Shown here: in pieces, positions 1 through 15,000 of the stretch
Layout: each line of letters opens with the position of its first letter
How positions within the stretch are numbered: the stretch's first letter is position 1
Source of the DNA: Macrostomum lignano
Taxonomy: Eukaryota
Reading direction: 5' to 3'
Assembly (NCBI GenBank): GCA_002269645.1
Contig: NIVC01001509.1
Coordinates: forward strand, 62,001 to 126,000
Length of the DNA stretch: 64,000 bases
Notes under the pieces: generated by a model
What the model saw: only the letters and a program-made list of their open reading frames with translations
Told to the model about the DNA's origin: nothing
Databases searched by the model: none
Position numbers and translations under genes: made by a program

Positions 1-97
1 CCGGGCAACGGAAATTCTCCAGGTGCAACTGGAGCAGGAGGTCACGTTTCGAGTCCAACAGGTGAAGGTGGTCCTCTTGGCCGGAGGCGACGCGACC
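1..97 (-). CDS. VPS13D: VPS13D exon truncated by the window edge
   Basis: ttttcag|GGT CGC GTC...: GRVASGQEDHLHLLDSKRDLLLQLHLENFRCP is open to position 1. Confidence 0.7.
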
Positions 98-3000
98 CTG
101 AAAACGGAAGTATTGCTTAACTGTAGGGCCAGTAGAAGCGTGGAAGTAGCTTAGTATATGGCTTTTTCTACTCAAACTGATCCATTTTATTTACTAATTG
201 TCGCTTAGATAATGACTCATTTTATTGGCTAATTGGCCGCTCAAATGTCGCTAAGTTTACGACTCATTTTATTAGCTAACTGTCGCTAAATTGTTGCTAA
301 GTTTATGACTCATTTTATTGGCTAATTGGCCGCTCAAATGTCGCTAAGTTTATGACTCATTTTATTAGCTAACTGTCGCTAAATTGTTGCTAAGTTTATG
401 ACTCATTTTATTGGCTAATTGGCCGCTCAAATGTCGCTAAGTTTATGACTCATTTTATTAGCTAACTGTCGCTAAATTGTTGCTAAGTTTATGACTCATT
501 TTATTGGCTAATTGTCGCTAAATTTTTGCTAAGGTTATGGCTCATTTTATTGGCTAATTGGCCGCTCAAATACCGCTAAGTTTATTACTCATTTTATAGG
601 CTAACTGGCCGCTTAAATGTCGCTAAGATTATGACTCATTTTATTAGCTAACTGTCGCTAAATTTTTGCTAAGTTTATGACTCATTTTATTGGCTAACTG
701 TCGCTAAATTGTTGCTAAGGTTATGACTCATTTTATTGGCTAATCGTCGCTAAATTGTTGCTAAGGTTATGACTCATTTTATTGGCTAATTGTCGCTAAA
801 TTGTTGCTAAGGTTATGACTCATTTTATTGGCTAATTGTCGCTAAATTGTTGCTAAGTTTGACTCATTTTATTGGCCAACTGTCGCTAAATTGTTGCTAA
901 GTTTGACTTATTTTATTGGCTAACTGTCGCTAAATTGTTGCTAAGGTTATGACTCATTTTATTGGCTAATCGTCGCTAAATTGTTGCTAAGGTTATGACT
1001 CATTTTATTGGCTAATTGTCGCTAAATTGTTGCTAAGTTTGACTCATTTTATTGGCCAACTGTCGCTAAATTGTTGCTAAGTTTGACTCATTTTATTGGC
1101 TAATTGGCCGCTCAAATGTCGCTAAGTTTATGATTCATTTTATTGGCTAACTGTCGCTAAATTGTTGCTAAGTTTATGACTCATTTTATTGGCTAATTGT
1201 CGCTAAATTGTTGCTAAGTTTGACTCATTTTATTGGCTAACTGTCGCTAAATTGTTGCTAAGTTTGACTCATTTTATTGGCTAACTGTCGCTAAATTGTT
1301 GCTAAGGTTATGACTCATTTTATTGGCTAATTGTCGCTAAATTGTTTCTAAGGTTATGGCTCAAATGTCGCTAAGGTTATGACTCATTTTATCGGCTAAT
1401 TGTCGCCAAGATTATGACCCATGTGATTTGCTGATTGGTCATTAAACTTAAGACGCAGTTTCAGCTATCAAAAACGGCTAAGATTATAACCAATTCTTGC
1501 AGATTTTTGAGACATTGGATCAGGAAAATCGTTTCACCTTGACACTCAGCATCGGCAGGTGATAGCTCAGGTCCTGCGGCAGCAGATTCACCAGGCACAC
1601 TGGCGGCTCAATAAACACCGAATGACCCGGCAGGGCCACAGACTGGCCGACAATATCCGCCGGGAAATTCTCGCGCAGCACGCTGGTCACCAGGTGATAG
1701 TCGGGCCCGGTTGGTCCGGCGTTCGAATCCAAAATGTCGTCGTCGGCGCCGCGGTAACGGCAGGCGCAGAGGGCGTCGCGCCGTTCCATCGGCTTGACGG
1801 CCCGGCGCCAGTCGACAGATTCACGCGCAAAGTCGACCGACCAGCGCTCGCTGACGGCCGGCCGGACGCGGAAGGCGCAATCGGCGATGTAGCGAATCGG
1901 CACCGGCAGGCAGTCGCCGGGCTCCAAGTGGAAGCTGCGAGCGCCACTCGGTTCGAAATGCTCGTGCGAACGCAGCTGCAGCTCAACCCGATGGTGCAAC
2001 CGGTTGGTGAAAGTCAGAGCCGAGCGCAGAGTGATGATCTTCTGCGCGGTGCTGTTGCGGACGATGTTGAACACCAGCCGGCCGGCCGGACCAGCTGAGA
2101 AGGCGGCAGCTGCGGCACCGGGCGGAGCAGCGGTGTCACGGAAGAACGTGCCGACCCTATCGATGCAGATTGGCTCGCAGGGCTCCCAGCCTTCCAGCTG
2201 CACGGCCAGCCGGTGTACCCGATAGTCGTGGGTGCTCTCGTGCCGGCGCTTGCCGTCGACGGCGTCCAGCTCGATGGCGGTTTCGGCATCGGCGGCAAGC
2301 CGGCGCCAGTCCGGGTCGCAGTGCAGCTGAGTCTGTTCGCGGACCTCCTGGCCGGCGACCTGGGAGGAGCCGGCGGACGCGGCGGCGGACACAACAGCGA
2401 TGGCGGCGGCGGCCGCGGTGTCGTCTCTGAAGGAGTAGCGAGTCTGCACTTTGTAGTGCACGTCGCAGCCGGTGCGGTTCACCAGGCGGAACGGCACAAA
2501 CGGGCTGCGGCGCCGGCCGCTGCCTACCGCAGTCGAGACTCGCCTAGCCGACAGGGCTGTGGAACGTTGCTCCGCTACCGTAGTAGCTGTGGTTGCTATG
2601 GTAACCGCGCTGGATTCTTTTCTAGTCTGATAGATCCGTTTCTGAGCAGATTCGTATAGATCCAGCATGTGCTTGGTGAGGTTGGCGTTCAGCAGCGAGT
2701 TGGCTGCAGACGAAGGGGGGTCCAAGTTCAACAGTGCCGTCACCATGGCAACCAATATGTAGTTTCTATGACAATGAAAGCCTCGAATACTTACAGGAAA
2801 TTTTGAAGGCAAAAGTCATCTCCGAGCTGTCATCAGAGGTGTCAAGCAGCTTGTTGATCCAATTGAACTGGAAGCTGAAAGTTACAAATCAAAATGGCTT
2901 TGAGCACGGATTAGCGCACAGAGAGCCGAGAGAACATTATATAGTTTATTATAACTGTATCATTATATAGTTTACCTCCAGGGCTCAATAAACGGCTCCC

Positions 3001-6000
3001 AACCGGACAGATCCCGATTGAAGTAATTCACCATCAGGGTGGCCGAGCAGCGGCCCTCTCTGGGGCCTTCCAGGCTCCAACGGAACTCCAGGTCTGCAGG
3101 GTGAGATAGGCGAAATCTCTTTTGAACTCAGAACTGAACGGTGATGTTTCAACTAAATATGGATTGATAGATGACCAGTAGCCGGAGGTTTAGTTGTGAG
3201 ACAAGGATTTATAGCTTCGACGCATTGATGTGTGAAAATTTGATTGGCAAGTTTTATATATTGATAGACCTGTGACACTAATTGACAGTTGAAACTATGA
3301 TTTACAGATGAGATTCTGATTGACAGTGGAGACTCTGATTGACAGTTGAGACTGTGATTGACAGGTGAGACTCTGATAGACAGGTTGGACTCTGATTGAA
3401 AGATGAGATTCTGTTTGACAGTCAGACGAGACTCGGATTGACAGGTGAGATTGATTTACAGATAAGACTCTGATTGACAGGTGAGATTGTGATTGACAGG
3501 TGAGACTCTGGTTGACAGTCGAGACTGTGATTGACAGGTGAGACTCTGATTGACAGGTGAGACTGTGATTGACAGGTGAGACTGATTGACAGGTGAGACT
3601 GTGATTGACAGGTGAGACTGATTGACAGGTGAGACTCTGATTGACAGTGTACACTGATTGACAGGTGAGACTCTGATTGACAGGTGAGACTCTGATTGAC
3701 AGGCGAGACTGATCGACAGGTGAGGCTCTGATTGACAGACAGGACTCTGATTGACAGTCAAGGCCAGAAATCCTTTACCTTTGAGGCAGACCTCGGCAAG
3801 CGGCACGTCGCAGTCCTGATAATCGTCAATTAGCACGCAGCTGACTGCTGAGCCGCAGCCGTTGCCGCCGGAGCATTTCACTTGGATCTCGCTGGCGTAG
3901 CGGCCCAGTTCGGCCAGCGGATCGGAGTCTGCGCCGTTCGACCCGGCAGCGGCGTCGGCCTGCCGATTGGGATCGGTCAGCAGCAAAGCGGCCAGCTGAA
4001 GGTCGCCGCCGGCTTCGCCAAGGGCGTAGCGACAGTCGGCCGGGTCGAAGCCCAGCTGCATCAGATCGTAGACCAGGCACTCCGACCATTGCCGAGAGGC
4101 TGAAGGCGGGCTGCGCTGCTGCGGCTGCTGCTGGCCTGGAGTTTAGTGGGATTGGGGGAGCGCTTCATAAGTTTGGAACTTCACAAGCTCGAATTTTCAC
4201 AAGCTCGAATCTTCACAAGCTCGAATCTTTACAAGCTCGAATCTTCACAAGCTCGAATCTTCACAAGCTCGAATCTTCACAAGTTCGAATCTTCACAAGC
4301 TCGAATCTTCACAAGCTCGAATCTTCACAAGCTCGAATCTTCACAAGCTCGAATCTTCACAAGCTCGAAACTTCGAAATAGGAAATTTTGAACACACCCG
4401 GTGTCTCTAACTTCAAACACATACATACACACAACATTTAGTCCTTTAACTACCACAGCCTAAAAAAGGAACTCACCGCCAGGGGGCCGCATGGCCTGAC
4501 TAGGCAGCGAGCCGAGAATAGAAGCGATCAGTTGAAAGTCCCGATAGGAGAACCGGATCGACAGGGTGGTGTACAAGACTTCGATCACCGGCTGTTGCGT
4601 CTCCTTGGCGTCTAGCAGGCCCAGACTCAGGCCGCTGCCGCCTCCGCCTCCACCGCCGCCGCGCCTGGCGTCTGGCCGAGTGACCTCAACAGTGAAGTCG
4701 GTAGGATCAATGATTGACAGGGCGGTCTCGTCCTCGCAGGCCAGGCAGCAGGAGAACGCTTCCAGGCTGTTCAGACTGCAGTTGGCGATGCGGCCCGAGG
4801 CGGTCGGGTTGCAGGCAAAAATGGCTGTGCCGCGCAGGATTACGGCGTTGGCGTCGCGAGAGTCTGTCCGGTCCACGAAGATGATCTCGCAGTCGGACAG
4901 GTTCAGCTTCAGCTCGGACGGCTTGTCCGAGTCAGTTGATCGAACCTGATCGAAGCTCAGGTGTTGGGTCTGTTGGTGAATTTGGGAATAAGAGTTGGTA
5001 AATCCAGGATTAGGTAAATCGGGAGTTGGTGAATCCAATCCAGGATTTGGTGAATCGGAAGTTGGTGAATCCAGGATTTGGTGAATCGAGAATTGGTGAA
5101 TCAGCATTAGGTGAATCCAGTATTTAGTGAATCGGAAAGTTTTTTAATCGGCATTAGGTGAATCTAGGATTTAGTGAATCGTGAGGTTGGTGAATCCAGG
5201 ATTTGGTGAATCGGGAGGTTGGTGTATTTAGAGTTAGGTGAACTGGAAGGTTAGTGAATCGTTGGGTTAGGTGAACCGGAAGGTTAGTGAATCGTTGGAT
5301 TAGGTGAACCAAAAGGTTAGTGAATCGTTGGATTAGGTGAACCGGAAGGTTAGTGAATCGTTGGATTAGGTGAATCAAAAGGTTAGTGAATCGTTGGATT
5401 AGGTGAGCCGGAAGTTTAGTGAATCGTTGGATTAGGTGAACCAAAAGGTTAGTAAATTGCTGGATTAGGCGAACCGGAAGGTTAGTGAATCGTTGGATTA
5501 GATGAACCGACACTTACAGCCATTTGGGCGGCGGCCCGTCTCGCGGGCAGGCACGGCGGCTCCGGGCCGGTGGTGAGAAACCGCTGCGTACAGATGAGCC
5601 AGTCGAACACGGCAAATAGTCGCATATTGTTGAGCACAGCGGTGAACTTATTCGAGATGCTGTTCGATCTATAGTGCAGTTCCAGGTGTAGACAGGTGGA
5701 CGAATTTGGCGAAGATTCAGTTGCTAAGGCTGCCGCCGCGGCAGTTGGGGTCCGCTTAATGATGGTGCTGAACACATTTGGCCTGCCGTTGGCGGGCAGG
5801 TCCGCAAACCTGGTGTCGTGAATGGCCACCTCTGTTGACACCAGATCGGTTTCCTGGCAACCGTTGCTAAGGCTCTCAAATGTCAGGCGAGATCTGGCGA
5901 GTGAATATCGGATTTGAGATTTGATATTCAAATTTAAGACACGCGTGAAGCTTAGGGATTGTGAAGCTTGGGGACTGTGAAGCTTAGGGGATTGTGAAGC

Positions 6001-9000
6001 TTAGGGGATTGTGAAGCTTGGGGATTGTGAAGCTTGGGAATTGTGAAGCTTGGGGATTGTGAAGCTTGGGAACTGTGAAGCTTGGGGATTGTGAAGCTTG
6101 GGGATTGTGAAGCTTGGGGATTGTGAAGCTTGGGAATTGTGAAGCTTGGGGATTGTGAAGCTTGGGAACTGTGAAGCTTGGGGATTGTGAAGCTTGGGGA
6201 TTGTGAAGCTTGGGGATTGTGAAGCTTGGGGATTGTGAAGCTTGTGGATTGTGAAGCTTGGGGATTGTGAAGCTTGGGGACTGTGAAGCTTGGGATTGTG
6301 AAGCTTAGGGGATTGTGAAGCTTGGGGATTGTGAAGCTTGGGGATTGTGCAGCTTAGAGGATTGTGAAGCTTGGGGATTGTGAAGCTTGGGGATTGTGAA
6401 GCTTGGGGATTGTGAAGCTTGGGGATTGTGAAGCTTGGGGATTGTGAAGCTTGGGAATTGTGAAGCTTGGGGATTGTAAAGCTTGGGATTGTAAAGCTTG
6501 GGGATTGTGAAGCTTGTGGATTGTGAAGCTTGGAATTGTGAAGCTTGGGGATTGTGAAGCTTGGGGATTGTGAAGCTTGGGGATTGTGAAGCTTGGGGAC
6601 TGTGAAGCTTGGGGATTGTGAAGCTTGGGTATTGTGAAGCTTGGGTATTGTGAAGCTTGGGTATTGTGAAGCTTGGGGATTGTGAAGCTTGGGAATTGTG
6701 AAGCTTGGGGATTGTGAAGCTTGGGGATTGTGAAGCTTGGGGATTGTGAAGCTTGGGGACTGTGAAGCTTGGGGATTGTGAAGCTTGGGTATTGTGAAGC
6801 TTGGGTATTGTGAAGCTTGGGGATTGTGAAGCTTGGGGATTGTGAAGCTTGGGGATTGTGAAGCTTGGGGATTGTGAAGCTTGGGGACTGTGAAGCTTGG
6901 GGATTGTGAAGCTTGGGGATTGTGAAGCTTGGGGATTGTGAAGCTTGGGGATTGTGAAGCTTGGGGATTGTGAAGCTTGGGGATTGTGAAGCTTGGGGAT
7001 TGTGAAGCTTGGGGATTGTGAAGCTTGGGGATTGTGAAGCTTGGGGATTGTGAAGCTTGGGGATTGTGAAGCTTGGGATTGTGAAGCTTGGGGATTGTGA
7101 AGCTTGGGGACTGTGAAGCTTGGGATTGTGAAGCTTAGGGGATTGTGAAGCTTGGGGATTGTGAAGCTTGGGGATTGTGCAGCTTAGAGGATTGTGAAGC
7201 TTGGGGATTGTGAAGCTTGGGGATTGTGAAGCTTGGGGATTGTGAAGCTTGGGGATTGTGAAGCTTGGGGATTGTGAAGCTTGGGGATTGTGAAGCTTGG
7301 GGATTGTGAAGCTTGGGGATTGTGAAGCTTGGGGATTGTGAAGCTTGGGATTAGCATACCTTAGAAAGTCAATACGACAGAAGCTGGATTCGTGGCCGCC
7401 GCCGCAGTCGCCGAGCAGCTCCACGGAGACGTCATTAAGATCAACAGCCAGCGAAATAGTTTTATAAACACGCTGCGACAGCACAGTGTGGTTCATCGGA
7501 TCCTGCTGGGCAGCAACTAGCAGCTTCTTATTGGCCACATCGTCAAGATTTTCGCCAAGATTGTGGGCTAGGAAGCCGCGCACCAGCTGGTACTGGGCCA
7601 AGTTCAAGTCGCAGTGCACCGAGGACAGGCTGCCGCGAGCGTTCCAGTCTGGGGCAGCGTGGGACACCTCCGTGTCGAGGTTGCGCTCAACCCGCAGAGC
7701 CAGGCGGCAGGCGGATCGCAGCGGCTTCGGATCGCCGCCAGACACCGCCAGGTCGGTGAATCTGAGAAGTGGCGGCTGCTGAGCACCAGCTGGACTGTCG
7801 GGCTCCAGCCGGGTGCCGGTGTACAGGTCGATGTCGCTCAATTCCAGCTGCCACACATCCAGCAGGCAGCGAGACTGTTCAACATCTTCGGCTTCGTCTG
7901 CGGGCTCCGCGTCTGCTACTGGATTCTCCTTGGACTCTGCCGCTTGCTCCCCGTTGAATACAAACTTATTGGTCACCTGTTAGGGAAAGGTGATGCAGAG
8001 CTGATGCAGACACATGCGATCGACGTGCTGTTGAAATTTGGAGACTTGGCAAGGCTGCACTGAGGCGCAGTGCTGATTGGCGCTCAGGGGTGTACTGAAT
8101 ACACTGGCGCTTATGGGAAAAAATCCAACGTTCTGGCAGAATCGTTGAATATCTCGATGGTCCAGGGGGTTGCCAACTTTCTTGAATTTCGCGTGCCTGC
8201 AGTGCTCCGTTCCGGCGAAGCAAAAAATGTCAGAGGGGGACAGCTTCCCAGATCCTCAGTTGCTGGGCCAGCCTCCCAGATCTTCAGTTGCTGGGCCAGC
8301 CTCCCAGATCCTCAGTTGCTGGGCCAGCCTCCCAGATCCTCAGTTGCTGGGCCAGCCTCCCAGATCCTCAGTTGCTGGGCCAGCCTCCCAGATCCTCAGT
8401 TGCTGTGCCAGCCTCCCAGATCCTCAGTTGCTGGGCCAACCTCCCAGATCCTCAGTTGCTGGGCCAGCCTCCCAGATCCTCAGTTGCTGGGCAACCGCCA
8501 GCCTCCCAAATCCCTAGTTGCTGGGCAACCGCCACCTTCCCAGATTTTCATCTTGAAGTATAAAGACTGATTTAGAGTAAACAAGTTAGTCTTACTCAGA
8601 AGCCCTGTTTAAACGCACTAATATTTCAGATTTTTTAGATTAAGAGACACATATGCGTTACACGCCTACTATAAGTAGCATAGTTAGAACTAGCACCGGC
8701 AACAAATGTGAATAAATTACCTGAAAATCGCCCAATCGCATAACAATAAGCCTAGGCGACAGGGCGCTATGCGGCAGCAATAATATTGGCGAAGCGGCCG
8801 ATATGTCTAATTGAATACGCGAGGCCCGCTCAGCATTGGGGAATATGTTCCTGCCGGATGCGCCAGCTCTGGCTCGGCCAATAAAATCCTGTGACTGATT
8901 GAACTGATGCACGAATGTCAACAGTTCGGTGATGAATCTCTGCGAGTGCACGTAGCGCACCGAAGCCATGCGCAGTCGGAGTCGAGCGTCGCAGTCCCTG

Positions 9001-12000
9001 GTGAGGCCGGGGTCCGGCAGGCCGTATTTGAACAGCCGGAGGTCAAGCAGGTTGCCTAGCCGGGGGGACACGAATTTCTGTCTGTACAGCTGGCCAGTGG
9101 GGCTGAGGTCCAGCAGGATGAAGTTGCCCAGCTGTCCGGCCAAATCCAGATTGCCGTCTCGTAGGCGAAGCCGGCCGTGCAATTCGGACATTGTTGCCCG
9201 GCACAGGCTGTGGTTGCGGTCGTTCAGCACCAGGGAGAACTGAGCCACAGATACTGCGATCTACGGGTGGAGTGATTCAGGGTTTTTGGGAGATTCTTCA
9301 GGGTTTGTGGGGCGATTCTTCAGGGTTTGTGGGGAGATTCTTCAGGGTTTGTGGGGAGATTCTTCAGGGTTTGTGGGGCGTTTTTTCAGGGTTTGTGGGG
9401 AGATTCTTCAGGGTTTGTGGGGCGATTCTTCAGGGTTTGTGGGGCGATTCTTCAGGGTTTTTAGGGAGATTCTTCAGGGTTTGTGGGGAGATTCTTCAGG
9501 GTTTGTGGGGCGTTTTTTCAGGGTTTGTGGGGCGATTCTTCAGGGTTTGTGGGGAGATTCTTCAGGGTTTGTGGGGAGATTCTTCAGGGTTTGTGGGGCG
9601 ATTCTTCAGGGTTTGTGGGGAGATTCTTCAGGGTTTGTGGGGCGATTCTTCAGGGTTTTTAGGGAGATTCTTCAGGGTTTGTGGGGAGATTCTTCAGGGT
9701 TTGTGGGGCGTTTTTTCAGGGTTTGTGGGGCGATTCTTCAGGGTTTGTGGGGAGATTCTTCAGGGTTTGTGGGGCGATTTTTCAGGGTTTGTGGGGAGAT
9801 CTTCAGGGTTTGTGGGGCGATTTTTCAGGGTTTGTGGGGAGATCTTCAGGGTTTGTGGGGCGATTTTTCAGGGTTTGTGGGGAGATTCTTCAGGGTTTGT
9901 GGGGAGATTTTTCAGGGTTTGTGGGGCGATTCTTCAGGGTTTGTGGGGCGATTTTTCAGGGTTTGTGGGGAGATCTTCAGGGTTTGTGGGGCGTTTTTTC
10001 AGGGTTTGTGGGGAGATTCTTCAGGGTTTGTGGGGAGATTCTTCAGGGTTTGTGGGGAGATTCTTCAGGGTTTGTGGGGAGATTCTTCAGGGTTTGTGGG
10101 GCGATTCTTCAGGGTTTGTGGGGAGATTCTTCAGGTTTTGTGGGGCGATTCTTCAGGGTTTGTGGGGAGATTCTTCAGGGTTTGTGGGGAGATTCTTCAT
10201 CTTTTGGGGTGATTTGTGGGGCGAGTCTGAAGGATTGTTTGGGGGCAATTCTTGACGGTTTTTGAGGCCACTTTAAAGGTTCCTGACGGAAATTTTTTAG
10301 GGTTTGTGGGCGGCGATTCTTTAGGATTTTATAACGCAATACATAAAGGCCTAGACCGGATCCCGCAGACCCTGTCTTATGACCTAAGTAGACTAATAGA
10401 GCTCACCTGTTGGTTACAGATCTCCTCCTCAGCGTACTGGCTCTCCTGCAGTATGGTTGTCACCTTAGTAGTGTCGGACATTCGCATCAGCACGTCGCGT
10501 TCGTGAAATTTCGAGCCCAAGTTAAGAAAGTCCAGCAGCAGCACCCAGGCCTGCAGATTCAGGTTGCACACCAGGCTGTTGAACTCCGCCCGGACAAACC
10601 GGCCGGTCTCCGCGTAGCGTGCCGCAAACTGTGGCGCTTTCCGGTCCACCAGGCGTAGCCGGATTCGAACCAGGCTCTGCTGCCGGGCGGCCGCCTCCTC
10701 CTCCCGCTGCTCCGTCCGCCTGTCCGCCTCGTCCGCTGCCCACATGGCCCGCCAGACTTCGTCATCTACCGCGTCGTCGGCTTCCTTGTTGGGCGCGGCA
10801 AAATCTGGCTGATGATCAGTTTGCAGCGTAGCCGGCGGCAGCGTCGACCTCGCCGACAGCGGCGACGGCGGCGGAGTTGCCGGCTTTGGTTTCGATGCCT
10901 GATGGCGCCGATGCTGGCGCCGAGCGGCGGCGGCCTGAGCGCGGGCGCGCGCCGCCACAACCAACATGGAGGCCGGGGTGGCGGCCGTGCGCGGTGGGAA
11001 ACTGGCCGACTCGACGTCGACGCCACCTCCACCGCCGCCGCCCGGAGTTGCTGCCCGACGCTCGTCGCTGCTCCACCCGGCGCCGGCGGGTCGACAGTTG
11101 CCAAAGTCCTCGTCGTCGGACGCGGCGGCCGGCGAGCTCGGACAGGACACGGAGCGGCCGTAGGACGGCGGCGGCCGAGCAGAGTGCTCCGGAGCCAAGG
11201 AGCTCAGCAGATGACGAGTTGGGGAGTCTGGCGACTGCAGCAGGTCCAGCATGGTTAGAGTGCCCAGGCGAAGGCTGACGTCCTTCACCCAGGGGCTGGG
11301 CTTGGCCATGTGGACGGCCAGCTCGCCCGCAGTCAGTCTGGCGATGCCTTTCTCGTCGCCTTCGCTCAAATCGCCGACAATTTCAACGCGCAGCTCCGGC
11401 AAAGCGAAGTCGAACACCAGCGGGGTGTACTCGGATTGAGCTGATGCAGCGGCGTCCGGCAGCTGAGCCTCAGACGCAGCTGTCTCAGTCGCCGAGGAAG
11501 TCGTCTCAGAGGTGCTCCACTCGTCGTACACTAAATTATCCAACGACTTCAGCACCTGATCGAACACCGCCTTGGGCAGGCGAACGGACACGGTTTCCAT
11601 GGTGACGGCTTCAACGCAGAGCAGGTGATTACCGAGACTGGCCGGCTCGACTCCGTCAGCGGAGCCCAGCGTCTCAGCCAGGAGTTTGCGGCAGCAGTTT
11701 CGGCGGCTGAGGCGCAGCGATAGAGAGGCTTCGCTCAGCAGGAACTCGCACGTGTCCGGCCGCTTCAGGCGAGCCAGCAGGCCGCCACGATGCTCGGCTT
11801 CGTCACCCAAATTGGCCCCGGCGATGGCCAGGTCCACAGACATGACGCTGATGTCCTTGAAGTCCAGGTAGAGGGTGCCGACACCCGGGGAGGCGAATAG
11901 CGGCGCCAAGCGACGCTGGTGCTGGCGCCGATCGCGCAACACACGCTCGAATCCGTCAACGTCGAACAGGGAGGCCTGGCAATGCGGGCAGTTCCGATTG

Positions 12001-15000
12001 GCTGGATTCGAACAGACAGGCACAAAGACTACAGGTCACAGACAGGGAGACCGTAGAAAATTATCAGATAAAAAGATCATAGACACAAAGATCATAGACA
12101 CAATGATCAAAGACAACGATCATAGACACAAAGACTGATCATAGACACAAAGACCATAGATAAAAAGACTATAGACACAAAGACTGACCATCGACACAAA
12201 GACTGACCATAGACACAAAGACTGACCATAGACACAAAGACTGACCATAGACACAAAGATTGACCATAGACACAAAGACCATAGATAAAAAGACTATAGA
12301 CACAAAGACTGACCATAGATAAAAAGACTATAGACACAAAGACTGATCATAGACACAAAGACCATAGATAAAAAGACTATAGACACAAAGACTGACCATA
12401 GATAAAAAGACTATAGACACAAAGACTGATCATAGACACAAAGACCATAGATAAAAAGACTATAGACACAAAGACTGACCATCGACACAAAGACTGACCA
12501 TAGACACAAAGACTGACCATAGACACAAAGACTGACCATAGACACAAAGATTGACCATAGACACAAAGACCATAGATAAAAAGACTATAGACACAAAGAC
12601 TGACCATAGATAAAAAGACTATAGACACAAAGACTGATCATAGACACAAAGACCATAGATAAAAAGACTATAGACACAAAGACTGACCATAGATAAAAAG
12701 ACTATAGACACAAAGACTGATCATAGACACAAAGACCATAGATAAAAAGACTATAGACACAAAGACTGACCATAGACACAAAGACTGACCATAGACACAA
12801 AGACTGACCATAGACACAAAGACTGACCATAGACACAAAGACTGACCATAGACACAAAGACTGACCATAGACACAAAGACTGACCATAGACACAAAGACT
12901 GACCATAGACACAAAGACTGACCATAGACACAAAGACTGACCATAGACACAAAGACTGACCATAGACACAAAGATTGACCATAGACACAAAGACTGACCA
13001 TAGACACAAAGACTGACAAATGCAGACAATTAGACAGCCAGATTCAGCTAGACAGACAATTGCAGACACAAGAAAACGCAAATAAAGTTTACCTGATTAG
13101 TAAGCGAAATTGTGCCCAGATGGGCAACCAGTGCCTCATTGCTAGTGGGAGTTTTGGGCCACACAATAACGGGAGTGTCAAGTCGCACAGTCAGTCGAAT
13201 GCCATCCAAGCCACTGTCGGCGGCCGAGGCTGCCGAGGCGGCGTCGGACGCGTCAGCGGCTGTTGCCATAGTTACAGAATCGTCCAAGTCAAACGAACGC
13301 TGCTGTTGATGAATGACAGACTGAGCCACGGCAGTGGCGGCCGCGCGAACTTTAAGCGCCAATCGACTTTTGTACTCGGCAAATTTCGAAACGCATTCGC
13401 CAACTTCGTACAGCAGCCGGGGCGCGTGCAGATAGCACAGCGAGGCCATCTGGGCTTCAATTTCTCGGTCGCCCTCGGCGTCGGAGTACACAGATAGAGT
13501 GAGGGCCTGGGCGGGGAATTCAGATGCACAAGTGGCGGCATTTAGTGAAGCTTTACGAGAAAATATAATATCAGAATCAGGTCAGCAGCGATTCTTACGA
13601 GAAAGTCGAATAATGTCAGGGGCGGTTTATTGGAGGTCAGTCGGGAATGATTTATCGGGGACAGTCAGGGCGATTATCGGGGGGCAGTCAGGGGAGATTT
13701 ATCGGGGGGCAGTCAGGGGAGATTTATCGGGGGTAGTCAGGGGAGATTTATCGGGGGCAGTCAGGGGAGATTTATCGGGGGGCAGTCAGGGGAGATTTAT
13801 CGGGGGGCAGTCAGGGGAGATTTATCGGGGGGCAGTCAGGGGAGATTTATCGGGGGGCAGTCAGGGGAGATTTATCGGGGGGGGCAGTCAGGGGAGATTT
13901 ATCGGGGGACAGTCAGGGGAGATTATCGCGACAAAGTCAGTTCATCAGCCAGTGGCACCTGCTCGCGCTGAGGGCAGCGCTCGTCAGTTGATTCCGAAGG
14001 ATCTCCACCGATCCACACGATGGACCTGTGCAGCCGGGACGAATTAGTCAAGTCCAGGACGCTGACGCTGGCCAGAGAAGCCGTGGCAAAGCTGCTGGAG
14101 TCCACGTGATTCGCTGTCACCTGCGAGTTTGCGGTTCGGTTTGGGGCGGCATTGTCTGTGATAACCCTGACAGGTCCAATGCGATCCAGTCTTGAAATTT
14201 ACTGCATATTGAATGGATTCCAATGTTCTTTACCACTGATAGGCTGTTGATTATTCTGACGAACTGCAGCTTTCCCCACACACCTAGTCACCAGACACCT
14301 CTGCACATGAGACACCTCTATCCACTAGACACTCCTAGACAGCAGACACCCCAACTCACTAGATCTCATGCCCCTATCCGCCAGATACCCCTAGACAGCA
14401 GACACCCTAGACAGCAGACACCCCTAGACAGCAGACACCCCTAGACAGCAGACACTCCTAGACAGCAGACACCCCTAGACAGCAGCACTATCACCTACTC
14501 ACTCTTACCTACGTCAATGTTCTACTCAAAACCCAAGCCAGAGACTCACCTGCATCCCAGTCAGAGTGACAGTGGCGACCTTCTTAGCCGACTTTCTCTG
14601 CTGCTGCGGGTCGTCTAGCACGCGAACTAGCAGCACGTGTAATCGTGAAAAAGTCGCCTGCAGTTCGCTGCGAACTCCGGGCGCTTTAACTGCAGCTGAG
14701 GCAGCTGGCGGCTCTGAATCCTGACGGCCCCGGTTCTGCTGCTGCTTCTTTTTCTGTTGTTGCTCTTGGCTAGAAGCGGCAGCTTCAGCCGCGCGTCGCT
14801 CACCCTCCTTGGCGGCGTAAGTGTCTGCTGGGTTTATGCGCTTAGCAAAGCTTACTAGCTCTACCAGCGTCTTCTGATTGGCTGAAATGGTTAGGGTTAT
14901 AATAAGTCAACACTCCACTCAGCTAGCTGCTCCACCCCACTCCGCCAACCATTCACTCCACCAACCCCCTTACTCCGCCAACAACCCCACTCCGCCAACC

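Noticed and set aside
2766-2794. 29-nt micro-intron in VPS13D
   Set aside because: That acceptor is out of phase. The acceptor at 2704 (91-nt intron) has a good pyrimidine tract and keeps the frame.
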